This document shows, piece after piece, positions 1 through 11,505 of a DNA stretch of 64,000 nucleotides. This DNA is from Callorhinchus milii (taxonomy: Eukaryota). Location of the stretch: contig NW_024704742.1 of the NCBI RefSeq assembly GCF_018977255.1, forward strand, positions 37,326,001 to 37,390,000. The letters run 5' to 3'. The position numbers were made by a program, and so were the translations under genes. A model generated the notes under the pieces. That model had not been told where the DNA came from. It searched no databases and saw only the letters and a list, made by a program, of their open reading frames with translations. Every line of letters begins with the position of its first letter. Position 1 is the first letter of the stretch.

Positions 1-88
1 TGTATTATGTTGCTAAGGATCTGGCAAGAGCAGTTTGGCAGGAGCCAATGCTTGGTGGATATGTGTTTGGAGTACTAATAGAGTCTAA

Positions 89-323
89 CCTCTGGAACTC
101 CATTCCACAGACCCTCCACCTCGACCCTCCCTTGCCTCCTTCTAGACCCATCTCAAGACCCTCCTCTTCGACCGTGCTTTCGATCACCCTCCTTCCACCC
201 CTTGCCCTCCACCCTCCCCAATCTCGAAACCCAGCTCGGGTCCGAAACTCTGACCGTCCAGCACCTTGAGATGGCCTCCCGACGTGAAAGGCATTATACA
301 ACTAATTTTTGTGGTTGATGTTG
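89..323 (+). mobile_element. L2 LINE 3' end
   Basis: ctctggaactccattcc...ctcaagaccctcctcttcgacc...cttgagatggcctcccgacgtgaaaggc; same tail as the other L2 copies in the window. Confidence 0.85.
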
Positions 324-954
324 TAAAGCTTGCCACAAGCTTTACGGAACAGAAGCTGAGTGGAACAACTTGCATTAAATATAGCACCCTTCATGCAGGG
401 TAGCATCTCGGAGCACTTGAATTCTTGAACCCCAGAGACCATTCTGCCCCTCCAAGTCCTGCCAATGAGCCAAACTAGCTAGTTTCTCATCAGCTGTGCC
501 CAGGAGTACTGAAGACCCCTCTTGCTTAGAAACCACCAGAGGGCTGGCTCAGTTCCGACATTACGTTGTTAAGTATCATCTTGGAGCCAATTCAGCTCCA
601 AAGAGAGCCTGCTTAGCTTCCTGCAAAGAGGATAGTCAGTAGTAGGTCATTTGGTAATTTTCTTAACTCTGAAAATGCTCCAAAAGGTTTTGATCGATTT
701 TTACAGAAGCAGGATATTAGATGACGTTGTTGGGCACTGGATGGCATCACCACAAAGATACTGGACAAAAGATCCTGGGCAATTGTTCTGTCAGACACTA
801 CAACTGACATTGCCCCATTATTGAAATCTCTGAAACTTGTCATCTGCTGGGAACATCAATCCAGTCATTGGCAAAGAAAAAGAGGATTTAAATAGGCTTG
901 CAAATTGGGAGGCACCCACGAGAGAAAGAGAGAAGTCAAACTATAAGCACTCAC

Positions 955-1316
955 CTGAGATCCATATCTCCATCCGTCCAGTAGCTTATCAGGTTTGAAA
1001 CAATTCCTCCAGGGCTAGAACCCATAACCAGAACAGCGATTGCTGAAGTTGGGTTCAGACTAAAAGAAAGTCCTAGGATTATTGCAACGAGAGGCATCAC
1101 CCCAAGCTGACAAGCCATGCCCACAGCGAGAGCCTTAGGTCTCTTCAAGTGAGCCCACAGCTTGTGCAAATCTGTAGTGCAGCCCATGGAAAGCATGATA
1201 AACAGAAGGGCGACAGCAAAAAGCTTCGAAACAATCTTCATCAAGTTCTTATTGAAATCTTCAGAACTGATTGTGCTGTTGCTGCTGACCTCTGAAGTTT
1301 TTGTCAAATTTTCCAT
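955..1316 (-). CDS. SLC10A6: SLC10 family Na+/bile acid or steroid-sulfate cotransporter, coding exon 1 (gene continues off the left edge); best fit SOAT
   Basis: ATG at 1316. Translation MENLTKTSEV...FIMLSMGCT...KLWAHLKRPKALAVGMACQLGVMP...AIAVLVMGSSPGGIVSNLISYWTDGDMDL(S). The exon ends AG|gtgagt (phase 2) at the conserved GDMDLS position. N-glycosylation sequons NLT and NST lie in the N-terminus. The family is certain. KLWxH and SFSLxPxxAIAVLxMG match SOAT better than ASBT as I recall them, and the C4orf36-like neighbour supports SLC10A6. Confidence 0.8.
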
Positions 1317-1401
1317 TTCTACTTCACAATCAAAACTATTCAAAGAGCGTAGCTAAGCAGTGTGGAAGCACTGATTTCTAAGTCTGGTGTGACTGTACTT
1401 T

Positions 1402-1470
1402 CTCTTTTATGAATAGCAAGATGCACAGAGGAACTTAATGCCCAACAATAAATCACTGCCATGATTGGCC
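1402..1470 (-). promoter_or_regulatory. Putative core promoter of the SLC10 gene
   Basis: Minus strand has CCAAT at 1464-1468 and TATA-like CATAAAAG at 1404-1411, about 90 nt upstream of the ATG. Motif match only. Confidence 0.35.
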
Positions 1471-1789
1471 AAGATAATTTATTCATATTTTACTTAACCC
1501 TTCAAGAGCTGGAACAGTGGAATAAACTTTCAGAACTAGACAAACTTTGAGAACTTCAGTTAACGAACATTACTGATCCAATGACTAATATTATTGGAAT
1601 AAATCTAATATTGAGATCTACAATAACAAAAACTTGCATTTACATAGGGTCCTTCGCACAGGGTAGCTTCTCAAAAGCACAAATAAAGGTTCATTATTAT
1701 TACAATTGTGACTAGATATTTAGAAATAGATAATAATAATAATAATAATAATAGATCCCCTAAATGAAAATGCCAGTGTTCAGGAAGCT

Positions 1790-3738
1790 AAATAGGGTTA
1801 ATTTTGTAGGTTTGAGGAAAGATTTAGGTAAAATAGCCTAGAGAATAAGATTAAGAGATAAAAATCTAGACCAACAGTGACAAATATTTAAGGATGTAGT
1901 GCAAAATTCTCAGCGGTCGCATATTCCCTTGCGGAATAAGACTACCACAGGGAAAGCAATTCATCCGTGGCTAACTAGAGCTGTTAGGGAAAGCATCAAA
2001 TTAAAAGAAAAGACTTAAAAAACTGCCAAGAAAAGCAGCAAATCTGAAGATTAGGAGAGTTTTAGAAACCAGCAAAAAAAAACTAAAAAACTCGTTAAGA
2101 GCGAGAAAAAGGAGTATGAGGGTAAGCTAGCTAGGAACATTAAGTCAGATTGTAAAAGTTTTTACAAATACATTAAGAGGAATAGGCTAGTGAGGGTAAA
2201 TGTAGGTCCACTTCAATCAGAGACGGGAGAAGTTGTAATGGGGGATAAGGACATGGCAGAGTCCCTAAATGGGTACTTTGCATCTGTCTTCACCTTAGAA
2301 GTCTGCCAACAATAGAGATGCTCCAAGGGGCTAAGGACAGGGAGCAACTTAGGGAAATTTTCATCAGTAGAGAATAGGTGCTAGGGAAACTGTTAGCACT
2401 AAAAAGTGATCAATCCCCTGGTCCGGATGGCTTGCATCCCAGGGTTTTAAAAGAGGTAGCTTATGAGATAGTGGAGGCCTTATGTCTGATCTTCCAAAAT
2501 TCCTTGGATTCTGGAACAGTCCCCATGGATTGGAAGATCGCAAATGTCACACCACTATTTAAAAAAGGTGGAAAGGAAAAGATGGGGAACTATAAGCCAG
2601 TTAGTCTCACATCAGTGACAGGAAACATTTTAGAATCGTTGGTTAAGGATGTGGTAATGCGCTATTCAGGGAAGCACAATATAATTAGGCCAAGTCAGCA
2701 TGACTTTACAACAGGGAAGTCATGTTTGACAAATCTCATAGAGTTTTTTGAGGATATTTCCAGTAAATTAGATAAGGGTGAATCAGTGGATGTGGTCTAT
2801 TTGGACTTCCAGAAGGCATTCGATAAAGTGCCACATAAAAGGTTAGTCCAAAAGATAAGGACCCAAAAAAATGCAGCGAGACATAGATAGGTTAGGTGAT
2901 TGGGCAGGTAGGTGGCAGATGAAGTATAATGTAGGGAAGTGCAAAGTCATCCACCTAGGTAGCAAAAACAGTAGAGCGGGTTATTTTTTAGAAGGGGAGA
3001 GACTGGAATGTGTTAGCGTCCAGAGGGACTTGGGTGTCCTTGTACACCAATCACAGAAGGTCTGCAGGTGCAGCAGCAATTAGGAAGGCGAACGGTATGT
3101 TAACATTCATTATAAAAGGATTAGAGTATAAGAGTATGGAAGTCTTCTGCAACTGTATAGGGCCCTGGTGAGACCACACCTGGAATACTGTGTGCAGTTT
3201 TGATCTCCTTATTTAAGGAAGGATGTACTTGCCTTGGAGGGGGTGCAGCGTAGATTTACCAGGTTTGTACCAGAGATGAAGGGGATGAGTTACGAGGATA
3301 GGCTACCAATTTGGGCCTATATTCTCTAGAATATAGAAGAATTAGAGGGGATCTTATAGAAACCTATAAGATCATCAAAGGGCATGATAGAGTAGATAGT
3401 GGGAGATTGTTTCCCCTGGTTGGAGAAACTAAAACCAGGGGTCACAACCTTAAAATCAGAGGCCAGCCCTTTCACACTGAGTTGAGGAAGAACTTCTTCA
3501 CTCAAAGGGTGGTGAATGTATGGAACTCACTACCCCAAAGGGCTGTTGACGCTCAGTCCTTGAACATATTCATAGATAGATAGATAGATTTCTTATTGCA
3601 AAATGGATTAAGGGATATGGGGATAAGGCAGGGTTATGGTATTAGCTGGAGTTAGATTAGAAGATCAGCCATGGTTGAATGGCGGGGCAGGCTCGAAGGG
3701 CTGAATGGCCTACTCCTGCTCCTACATGTTATGTTATT
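1790..3738 (+). mobile_element. CR1 LINE, 5'-truncated, ORF2 RT region with an internal deletion near 2865
   Basis: ORFs contain SPGPDGLHPRVLKE, YKPVSLTSV, YLDFQKAFDKVPH and FFTQRVVNVWNSLP. 3' end ggcctactcctgctcct...(tgtta)n. Confidence 0.95.
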
Positions 3739-5374
3739 TTAGGAGCTGTTCAGATTAAACATTCAATGACTCTCCTTCCTTTTTTTCCTCTTTTAAAATG
3801 AACTTTCTCTAATGAAATTTGATATTGATAGTGCAAAACTGCACTAACTTCTGTTGTCCTTGGTTAACCCATATCAGAATAGAGGTTTAGTTTATTTTTC
3901 TTGCACAAGAGAAATGCTTACTAATCCATTTAGAAAAACCTGTGAAGCATTAGCCTGAATGTAGGCAACAATGTTGAAGGAGCTAATAGACAGGTGAGGA
4001 AATTCAAATTATAAATAATCCTTGCTTGCAGTAGAATGCCTTATACATCACAACAACATCTTAAAAGTGTTTCACAACATATACTGTAATATGAAATGAC
4101 TGTGATTTTTTAAGTGAAAGCAGCAGCCAATTTGCACAGCAATGTCCACAATTAGCCATGAAGTGAATGAGTAATTTTTCTGGGGGATTTTTGGCCAAAT
4201 CATTTCTCCATTGGGAGAACCACCCTTCTGCTTTTGAATAGTGCTACGTGAACTTTAACTGAACATGCTCTTGGGACCTTGGTTTGACATCTCATCCAAA
4301 GTGTTAACTAAGATCATCACTATATTTTAATTTTATTTATTTTAAATTAAATTGTTGACTCGGGAATTTGTGAGTTTATGTGGTTTAGGACCCCAAGACA
4401 ATCAAGCTCATATTAACTTTTCAACCTTTATATAGTAATATGCATGATACAGAAAGGTATAAATAGTTACCAATCCAGAGAACAGAATATACCGCTACAG
4501 ATGTTTTCTTTGTGGTATTTTCTTCCTTCTCTCCTTCTAAGATCTTTAGGCTAGATTATACTCTGTATTTATACACAGGAACAAACAAGTTTTCACGACT
4601 TTCAAGTCTATCTAGTTTGGTTCATAGATACTGTTTTCCTCTTTTTATTCCTCAGCTAACAATGACCATCTCATTTGAACATTCTGCAAGGCCACCTAAT
4701 GATCACACACACACTTTGTCTTTCCACATAACAACAACAACAACTCTCAGAGTGCTATATAAATCCAAGTTGTTGTTGTTGTAAATTAACATAATTGTAA
4801 TTAACCCAAACAAATTTGGTTTGCAAGTATTTTAAACCACCCATGATTCCCTGAAAATGTAAGTTAGAAAGAAAAAAGTTACACAGAAGCGTCCTCATTC
4901 CTCTTATAATACCAGGAAATTCCAATGCCAAGCTTCTAATGCCAATAGATTAGCTACAAAGCAAAAGGAAATGATAAGAAGACAGGATGTTACTCAGTTC
5001 ACGGTATTTCTAGTATACTGTACTACATCAACCAGTTAAAATAAACACACAAATGCAGGAAATTCACAGCAGATCAATCATAACATAACACAGGTCACCC
5101 ATTGTACATTATTATTTCCCTATATAACTGTACAAGACAGAGAAAGGATACTAGAAAAGAAATGACAGACCGTATTCATTTCTAGCACGGAAACAAGTTA
5201 CATGAGTACAATCATCAGAAAAACAGCAGAACAAATGTTTAGTAAAGTTCTATTAGAGGCAAAATACATAGGGATGCAACAGTATAACAGTCACTTTACA
5301 AAATGTCATCGATCTATAGTGTTAAAGTGATTACAAATATATGTTCCATGTTGGCAAAGCAGATTTCCATTAGG

Positions 5375-5440
5375 CAGAGTGGTTCTACTGCTGGCCCGTG
5401 GGCCGCATCCGGCCCAGGGGATGATTTCATCCAGCCCACA
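5375..5440 (+). mobile_element. hAT-Charlie-type non-autonomous DNA transposon end
   Basis: cagagtggttct...ggcccgtgggccgcatccggccc matches the Charlie/MER58-type terminal motif; a related copy lies at 32521. Confidence 0.6.
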
Positions 5441-5816
5441 AACCATCTATTACATCATTGTTCAATGAGCGAATATAGGTGACATGCAAGCCTGAGCCAA
5501 TCAGGAGATTGTCCCCGGGACCTTAGGCTCTGCCCGACAATGGGACTGGCAACCAGGATAAAATATTGCTTATGCTTTGGGCCTGACCTCTCTGTTTGGC
5601 TAGCGATATTTCTATCTTTCCTTCTTCAAAAGACACTTTTTTGAACAGTGACAAATAGCCAAAGCAGTTGGCTAGTCAGCAAAAACGACTCCTCAAATTA
5701 ATCTTGAATTTTCCTTATCTATTCTAGACAAGGGCTAGCGACTAGATATCTGTACAAGCTGTTAAGATACGGGCTGTGAGAGTTTAGAAATAAAAAGTGC
5801 TTGTTAAATATGGAAC

Positions 5817-5822
5817 TTTATT
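5817..5822 (-). terminator. Candidate polyadenylation signal (AATAAA) for the C4orf36-like gene
   Basis: tttatt on + at 5817-5822, with a second at 5842-5847, about 360-380 nt past the stop codon. Confidence 0.4.
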
Positions 5823-6204
5823 TTCAAAGAAAATAGTTATATTTATTATACATAGCTAAAAAGACTGATTATTCTTGTTTGTCATCTTGTCCTCCATATC
5901 CCAAATACTACTATAGGTTTCCCTCTATACATCTCAAAATACTGATCAGTTCTCAGACTCTGAGCCTTTTGAAAGCAGACAGTAATTAATAATAATAATC
6001 CTTGCCCTTGAAACAGCGTCTTTCAAATGGTAAGGTTTAGTGCTCCTTCTCTTGTAGTACTGTGATCCACTAAACAACAGGGACTTTCAGAACTGGATAA
6101 AGACACGCAAAAGAAATGTGGGAAACAAAGTTTCAAACTACTTAGCTTCGATTCTGAAAGAACATAATTGGTCAGTCTGTACACGGATGATCATTCTTCA
6201 ATTA

Positions 6205-6410
6205 TTACATGGGAACCTGTCCCTGGTTTACAATCACACTGGAGATGACTGGCATTGTATTGATGATGCTCTGCTTTGACCCTTTTGGTTTTGGACGTCT
6301 TGTTAATGTCTCCACTTCTTCTGGCTCTGGTATTTCAATCCATTGGTTTTTCCAATCCTCAAAAATTTTTCTTAGTCTCACATTTTCAATTTCTGTTTCA
6401 GTTTTAAGAG
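6205..6410 (-). CDS. C4orf36: C4orf36-like gene, last coding exon
   Basis: Acceptor ctatttattttgacag|, phase 1 compatible. (T)LKTETEIENVRLRKIF...LTRRPKPK...QVPM* ends at TAA 6207-6205. Resembles human SIKLEREYEVKRLCKL...LRRPLPSK. The three exons total 426 nt = 141 aa plus stop. Confidence 0.8.
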
Positions 6411-7254
6411 CTGTCAAAATAAATAGATGCTTTGTGTTATTTTTTCCGATTTTTACATAAAGTCAGATTCAAAGTTGAATTACTAAGACTAAGATGTGAG
6501 CCAAAAATCCTCAAATATCCTTTAACATAACTTGAATCAGTTTGAATCTGCAGCCTTCATTCACTATGTCAAGATGAAAATAGAGTTTGTACTCTCTTTC
6601 TGGGTGCAAAACAATTTAGAGCACTGTATAAACATTATTTGAGGTGGCATTATAATGATGAACATGAAATATTACTGTTTTCTGCTGTTCATCTACTGTT
6701 CAACTAATCAACTATTCAACTAATTTAAAACTCCCCCCGCATTCTCACCCACACTAAACTCTGTACCTCCATTACCCAAGTCCTTGTCAAACTCCATTGG
6801 CTCCCTGTCACAGAGCGGATCAGTTTCAAAATCTTCACTATTGTACTTAAATCCCTTCATGGCCTAGCACCCCCCATCTCTCCAACCTGTTCCCTCCCTA
6901 CGCAGTAGCCCATTTGCCCACAGCTGTTTGTGAGACACAGCAATGTCTCATAAACAATCATAAATGAATGAATTTTTACATGAAGAGTCATTGGACGGGA
7001 CACCGAAAGAAATTCCCTTCCCTTTTCAAATGATGCCACAGGACCTATACACTCAATTTATCATCTCATCTGACAAGGTACTCCCCCAGTTGCAGTTTCA
7101 GACTATACTATGTGAGTTCAAAGTTCTAATGTGGGGCTTCATCCCACAACCCAATGACTATGGGGCAAGGGTGCTACCAACTGAATCAGGCTGACACCTG
7201 AGAAGCGTTCACCTAGTTTCAAATTGCTCATCAGTGAAAGATTACTAACCATTG

Positions 7255-7660
7255 AACCTCAGGTTTACCGCTCTTTTTGGCAGTATTATAGGCCTCTTCT
7301 TTTAATTTTATACTTTCCCTTTTATACTACTTTATACTTTCTCTGGTTAGCCAAGGTTGAACCACTTTTCCCGTTGTATTTTTATTTTTCAAGAGAATAT
7401 GTGATCGCTGGGAATTATGTATTATATCTTTAAATGTTTGCCATTGCTGGTCTGCCATCATATTTTTTAATCTAATTTCCCAGTCTATTTTAGCCAAATC
7501 TTCTCTCATACTTGCAAAGTTGGCTTTATTTAAATTTAAGACCCTTGCTTCGGATTCAACTATATCACTCTCTAACTTAATGTTAAATTCCATCATGTTA
7601 TGGTCACTCTGCCATAAAGGAGCCTTAACTTCCAGATTGCTGATTAGCCCTAATTCATTA
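7255..7660 (-). mobile_element. CR1 ORF2 fragment (endonuclease end and linker)
   Basis: ORF 7327..7671 has SDHNMMEF and LNLNKANF...IDWEIRL, homologous to 25210-25575. Confidence 0.85.
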
Positions 7661-7662
7661 CA

Positions 7663-8045
7663 AAACAACAACGACTTGGATTTATATAGCGCCCTCCACG
7701 CCGCATGGCATCTCAGAGCGCTTCACAGTAATGGATCCCGGGGCCGAGCCAGGGGGAGGGGGGGGAAGGTGACCAAAGGCGCTGTCAAAAAGAAAGGTCT
7801 TCAGCAGAGACCTGAAAATAGGAAGAGAGGGGACGAGGCGAAGGGAGTGAGGAAGGGAGTTCCAGAGCCTCGGGGAGTAGTGGCTGAAGTCACAGCCAAC
7901 GATGGTGGAGTAGAGGATTCGGGGGACAAGGAGGAGGCCAGACCCAGTGGAGCAAAGGCAACGGGCACTGTTGTGAGGAGAGAGGAGGTCAGAGAGGTTG
8001 GGAGGTGCAGAGGAGTGGACGACAAGAGTGAGGATCTTGAAGTCG
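7663..8045 (-). mobile_element. L2 LINE 3' end (same subfamily as 40330)
   Basis: DFKILTL...PRLWNSLP...FRSLLKTFLF, followed by a (GTT)n tail. Confidence 0.9.
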
Positions 8046-8348
8046 AATACTACACAAAGTACTTTTGAACATGAATGAAGGAGCAATGAACCAAAAGAAT
8101 CAGATGTAAATGAACCGTCTACCTGTGTTGGTTAAATAAACATAATAATCCTTGCATTTAATGTAGCACCTTATCACATCTTCGAGACATGTCAAAACGC
8201 GTCACAGAATATACTGTAAAGTGAATTCACTGTATATTTTGTGCGCCAAATGTAAAATTAAAATAAAGAGGGCATTAAAGACATTTAAAGTTTAAATAGG
8301 ATCAAGAACAACTTAAAAAGGTATTTTCAAATACAATATGTCACATAC

Positions 8349-8506
8349 TTTCCAAAGAAATCTTGGATGCTTCTACCCTTTTCACCCGATTGAGAATAAC
8401 TCTATCGAAAAACTCTATTTCAGCTAAAAGTGGTGACACTTTTGCTCTGGACTTTCTTTCCTTCTTCGAATTGTAGGTCAGATTTGCCAATTTCCAAGGA
8501 TTTTCA
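8349..8506 (-). CDS. C4orf36: C4orf36-like gene, second coding exon
   Basis: Acceptor tttattttgtttgtag|, donor A|gtatgt. 158 nt open in the incoming phase: (F)ENPWKLANLTYNSKKERKSRAKVSPLLAEIEFFDRVILNRVKRVEASKISLE. ENPWKLANL and PLLAEIEF resemble human EPWDIALL and PFLEEISF (from memory). Confidence 0.8.
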
Positions 8507-9305
8507 CTACAAACAAAATAAACAGATTAAATATTTTCTTCAGTCAGCTCTAAGCCAGGGTTATTCACCTTATGTTTCACAATCCTCTCCATGTTTTACC
8601 ACAAATTAGGAAAGTAGGAAAAGACACACAATGGAAAGTTGCTAATGGCTTTCAGAGGAAATTACTTTTGTGAAGCAGGATGTTTTTAGTTTTTGCACAT
8701 ATGATTTTTAAATAATAAGGAGCTGGGAATGCTTGATATTGTGTTCCATTCTCATGCCCTGACCACATGATGCCAATATTGTACCAACCATGGTCCCAGT
8801 TGGCATCATCTAACACTGCACACTAGGGATCAAACTTGGGACCTTCTGGGTCTGTATGGTTCAGATTCATTTGGTAACATTGTGGGGCCATGAAAGCAAG
8901 AATAGATTTTCACCCAGTCAGCCTGAGAATCTTAAACCCAGGTAACTGAGGCGAAATCATAACACATGCCACAAAAGTCTCCAACAATGGCCTCCTTCTG
9001 TGCTGTATAATTCTATGATTCTGCACGAATACGATTATGTATGTTTTCAAAAGAAACCAAGCATTTAATATAACAGGAGTAAAGTCAGAAACTGAATTTA
9101 TTTCAGAAACAGTTTGATTGTATAATGGAAAGATGGTAGAGTGGGTATTCTGTAAGGACAAGATCAAATGGGCCGAAGAGACTTCTTCATCTGAGTTCCT
9201 TTGATTTTGTGACCTACAGAACTCAGTTATTTCTTACCCTCTATTTATTTACAGATGAGGTTCATAACATTATTAATCTATGTGGTTGCGTGCTTAATCA
9301 TTTTT

Positions 9306-9676
9306 GTGAAGTCCTGTAGCTCAGTGGTTAGAGCACTCGCCTTGCAAGTGAGAGACTTGGGTTCAATTTCTGGCAGGGCGAAATGTTGGGCAAGTTTCCT
9401 TACTCTACACCCCTCTGTTTACCTAGCAGCAAGTCGGAACCCAGTTGTTAGTTGAGTGGCAGATCGCTTTTCCGATTATAATCCTTCAACAAAAAACAAT
9501 AATAATTTGGCCACTTAATCTACGACTGTTTGTGGGACACTGCTGTGCGAAATTGGCTGCCTCGTTTCGCCCACAAATATACAGTCAATTCACTTTACAG
9601 TATATTCTGTGAAGCACTTTGAATCTCTAGAAGACATGAGAAGCGCCGTATCAAATGCAAGGGTTATTATTATTAT
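9306..9676 (+). mobile_element. tRNA-Ala-derived SINE with L2 tail, long variant (in C4orf36 intron)
   Basis: Head gtcctgtagctcagtggttagagc...TGC...ggttcaatt (Pol III A and B boxes), then ttgggcaagt, body, and L2-type tail with (TTA)n. Confidence 0.9.
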
Positions 9677-10262
9677 AGGAACAGTGATCATTTTTGTGTT
9701 TTAACAGCAACTACTTTGCCACATTAATGCACCTCCACACTTTGAAATCAAATTAAGTATTGCTTTTTGTGTTACATGTGGTTTACTACCCTCTACTTAT
9801 TTAGTTAATATTAATAAAGTTAATATTCCATGTAATTGCGTGCTTATTCATTTTTTACATTTAGCTAACCAAAAATGAAGGCCAAACATTTATTGGAATA
9901 CAACTCTGGAGCAAGAATCTAATCCTTATTTTTGAAACAATTAATAAAGAATAGGGACAGGGAGCAACCACCTAAAATAAAGTTAGGAGTTCAACGTTAT
10001 TATAGGTTCTCAGAATAAATGTTAATAAAAGGAACACCTCATTGAATTTTCATGAAGAAAAGCCATAATTCAGATCGCACCTTAGTTACAACAACTGAAA
10101 CACAGAGTGAAGAAATTCCTTAAGTTTGATATAATCATGTTTGACCATGCTTCATCCTTTCTAAAAAAATTACTGAATTGTCTATTGAAGCACACGTGCT
10201 TTTATTCATATCAGCTTTTCACGTTGGAATGACATGTCAAAGCGTTTTACAGGATATACAGT

Positions 10263-11007
10263 CATCATGATACTTTTATATCTTTTCTTTATGTGTGAAT
10301 TACACGCTCCTTTCAGGATCCAAAAGAACAATCCTTCACTGCACATTTTTTCCAAGATACGTGCCCAGTCAGAGCAATCTCACAAACTACTCACAACACT
10401 TTATTTCTCTTAAATTATTCTTATTTATTCAAACAAGTATCATTAACAATAACTTTCCTGAATGCGATACAACACAAAAACAAAAATATAACACATAAGC
10501 AATACATTAACAATACTTTAACAGTATTAACTTGAGCAAACTTGAATAAATCATACAATCTTATACTTTACTAACTACTGAACTAATATTCAGGACACCA
10601 AGACCTCTTGGGAAACACAGAAGAGATGATTGTATCAGTTGTAATCTCTTCTGGGAAGGTTTCAGAATTGGAATAATCTGACATGTGTTAGTGTTGGTGT
10701 TCGTACATCTCCAACCCTTACTCACATCCCGGAATTTAGCTCCCTTCCTTATAACCCAATTTTGTCCATGTGACTGGTCCATCCACTCAGTCCTTCACAC
10801 CCCTTGAGACCCATGGTACCAAGTGTCAAAGGAGTATCTATCCCTCAGTTGACAGTAACTGGAACCCATCGTTGTGAACGCTGATTCATCTCATGATCAG
10901 CAGTGTCTTTTTTATTTCAAGTCTTCTTTACAATCTTTTTAACTTTAATTGTTGTTTTAACCTTTATCCCCCTCTTGCAACACTAACTCCCATATTATAT
11001 CATCTCA
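10263..11007 (-). mobile_element. ~740-bp LTR-like insertion interrupting a SINE (in C4orf36 intron)
   Basis: SINE sequence stops at ~10262 and resumes at ~11008. The insert has minus-strand TATAAG (~10748-10753) and AATAAA (10400-10405). No clean TSD found. Confidence 0.35.
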
Positions 11008-11350
11008 CACTGTGAAATACAGTGACTTTCTGCATTTTTTGCGAGCGAACGTCAATTTGCCAGCAGCAATGTCCACACAAACAGCCAAGAAACAAATGAC
11101 CAATTTTATCTGCGGGGTTGTTAGCCAGGACACTTTGAGAAACTCCATTGTCTTTTCAAATATCCCATGGGATCTTCAACACCCACCTCAACATACAAAT
11201 GTTTAACATTGGACCTTAGTTTAACATGTCATCTGAAAGACGGCACTTCCAATGATGAAACACCCTCCCAGGACTGCATTGGAGTGTCAGCTTAGATTCC
11301 AAGTCCTAACATGGGGCTTGAGCCCACAACTTTCTGACTCAGAGGCAAGA
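11008..11350 (-). mobile_element. Deu-domain SINE (SacSINE1/AmnSINE1-related)
   Basis: Reverse complement reads ctctgagtcagaaagttgtgggctcaagcccc...gtgccgtctttcagatgacatgttaaac...aagatcccatgg...gtgtcctggc (Deu core as recalled). Confidence 0.75.
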
Positions 11351-11443
11351 ATTATCTTGAGGATTTTCCTGAGGATTTTCTGAAAAGATGCACATAAATG
11401 CCCAAGTAAATTTAACGGTCAAATACAAAAAATCGTTACTTAC

Positions 11444-11505
11444 AATTTGAAAGACTTATTTGTGACTTTCGATTCTAGAGGCCTCGTAATGAATGAATAT
11501 TCCAT
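11444..11505 (-). CDS. C4orf36: C4orf36-like gene, first coding exon (MEYSFITRPLESKVTNKSFK)
   Basis: Exon 11556-11444, acceptor ctttgccttttgaaaag|, donor TT|gtaagt. ATG at 11505; 62 coding nt, phase 2. Confidence 0.75.

Noticed and set aside
9235..9856. ~70-bp imperfect direct duplication (9235-9305 vs 9787-9856); similar small duplications at 36800-36835 and 37385-37483
   Set aside because: Ordinary local duplications in AT-rich DNA with no further structure.
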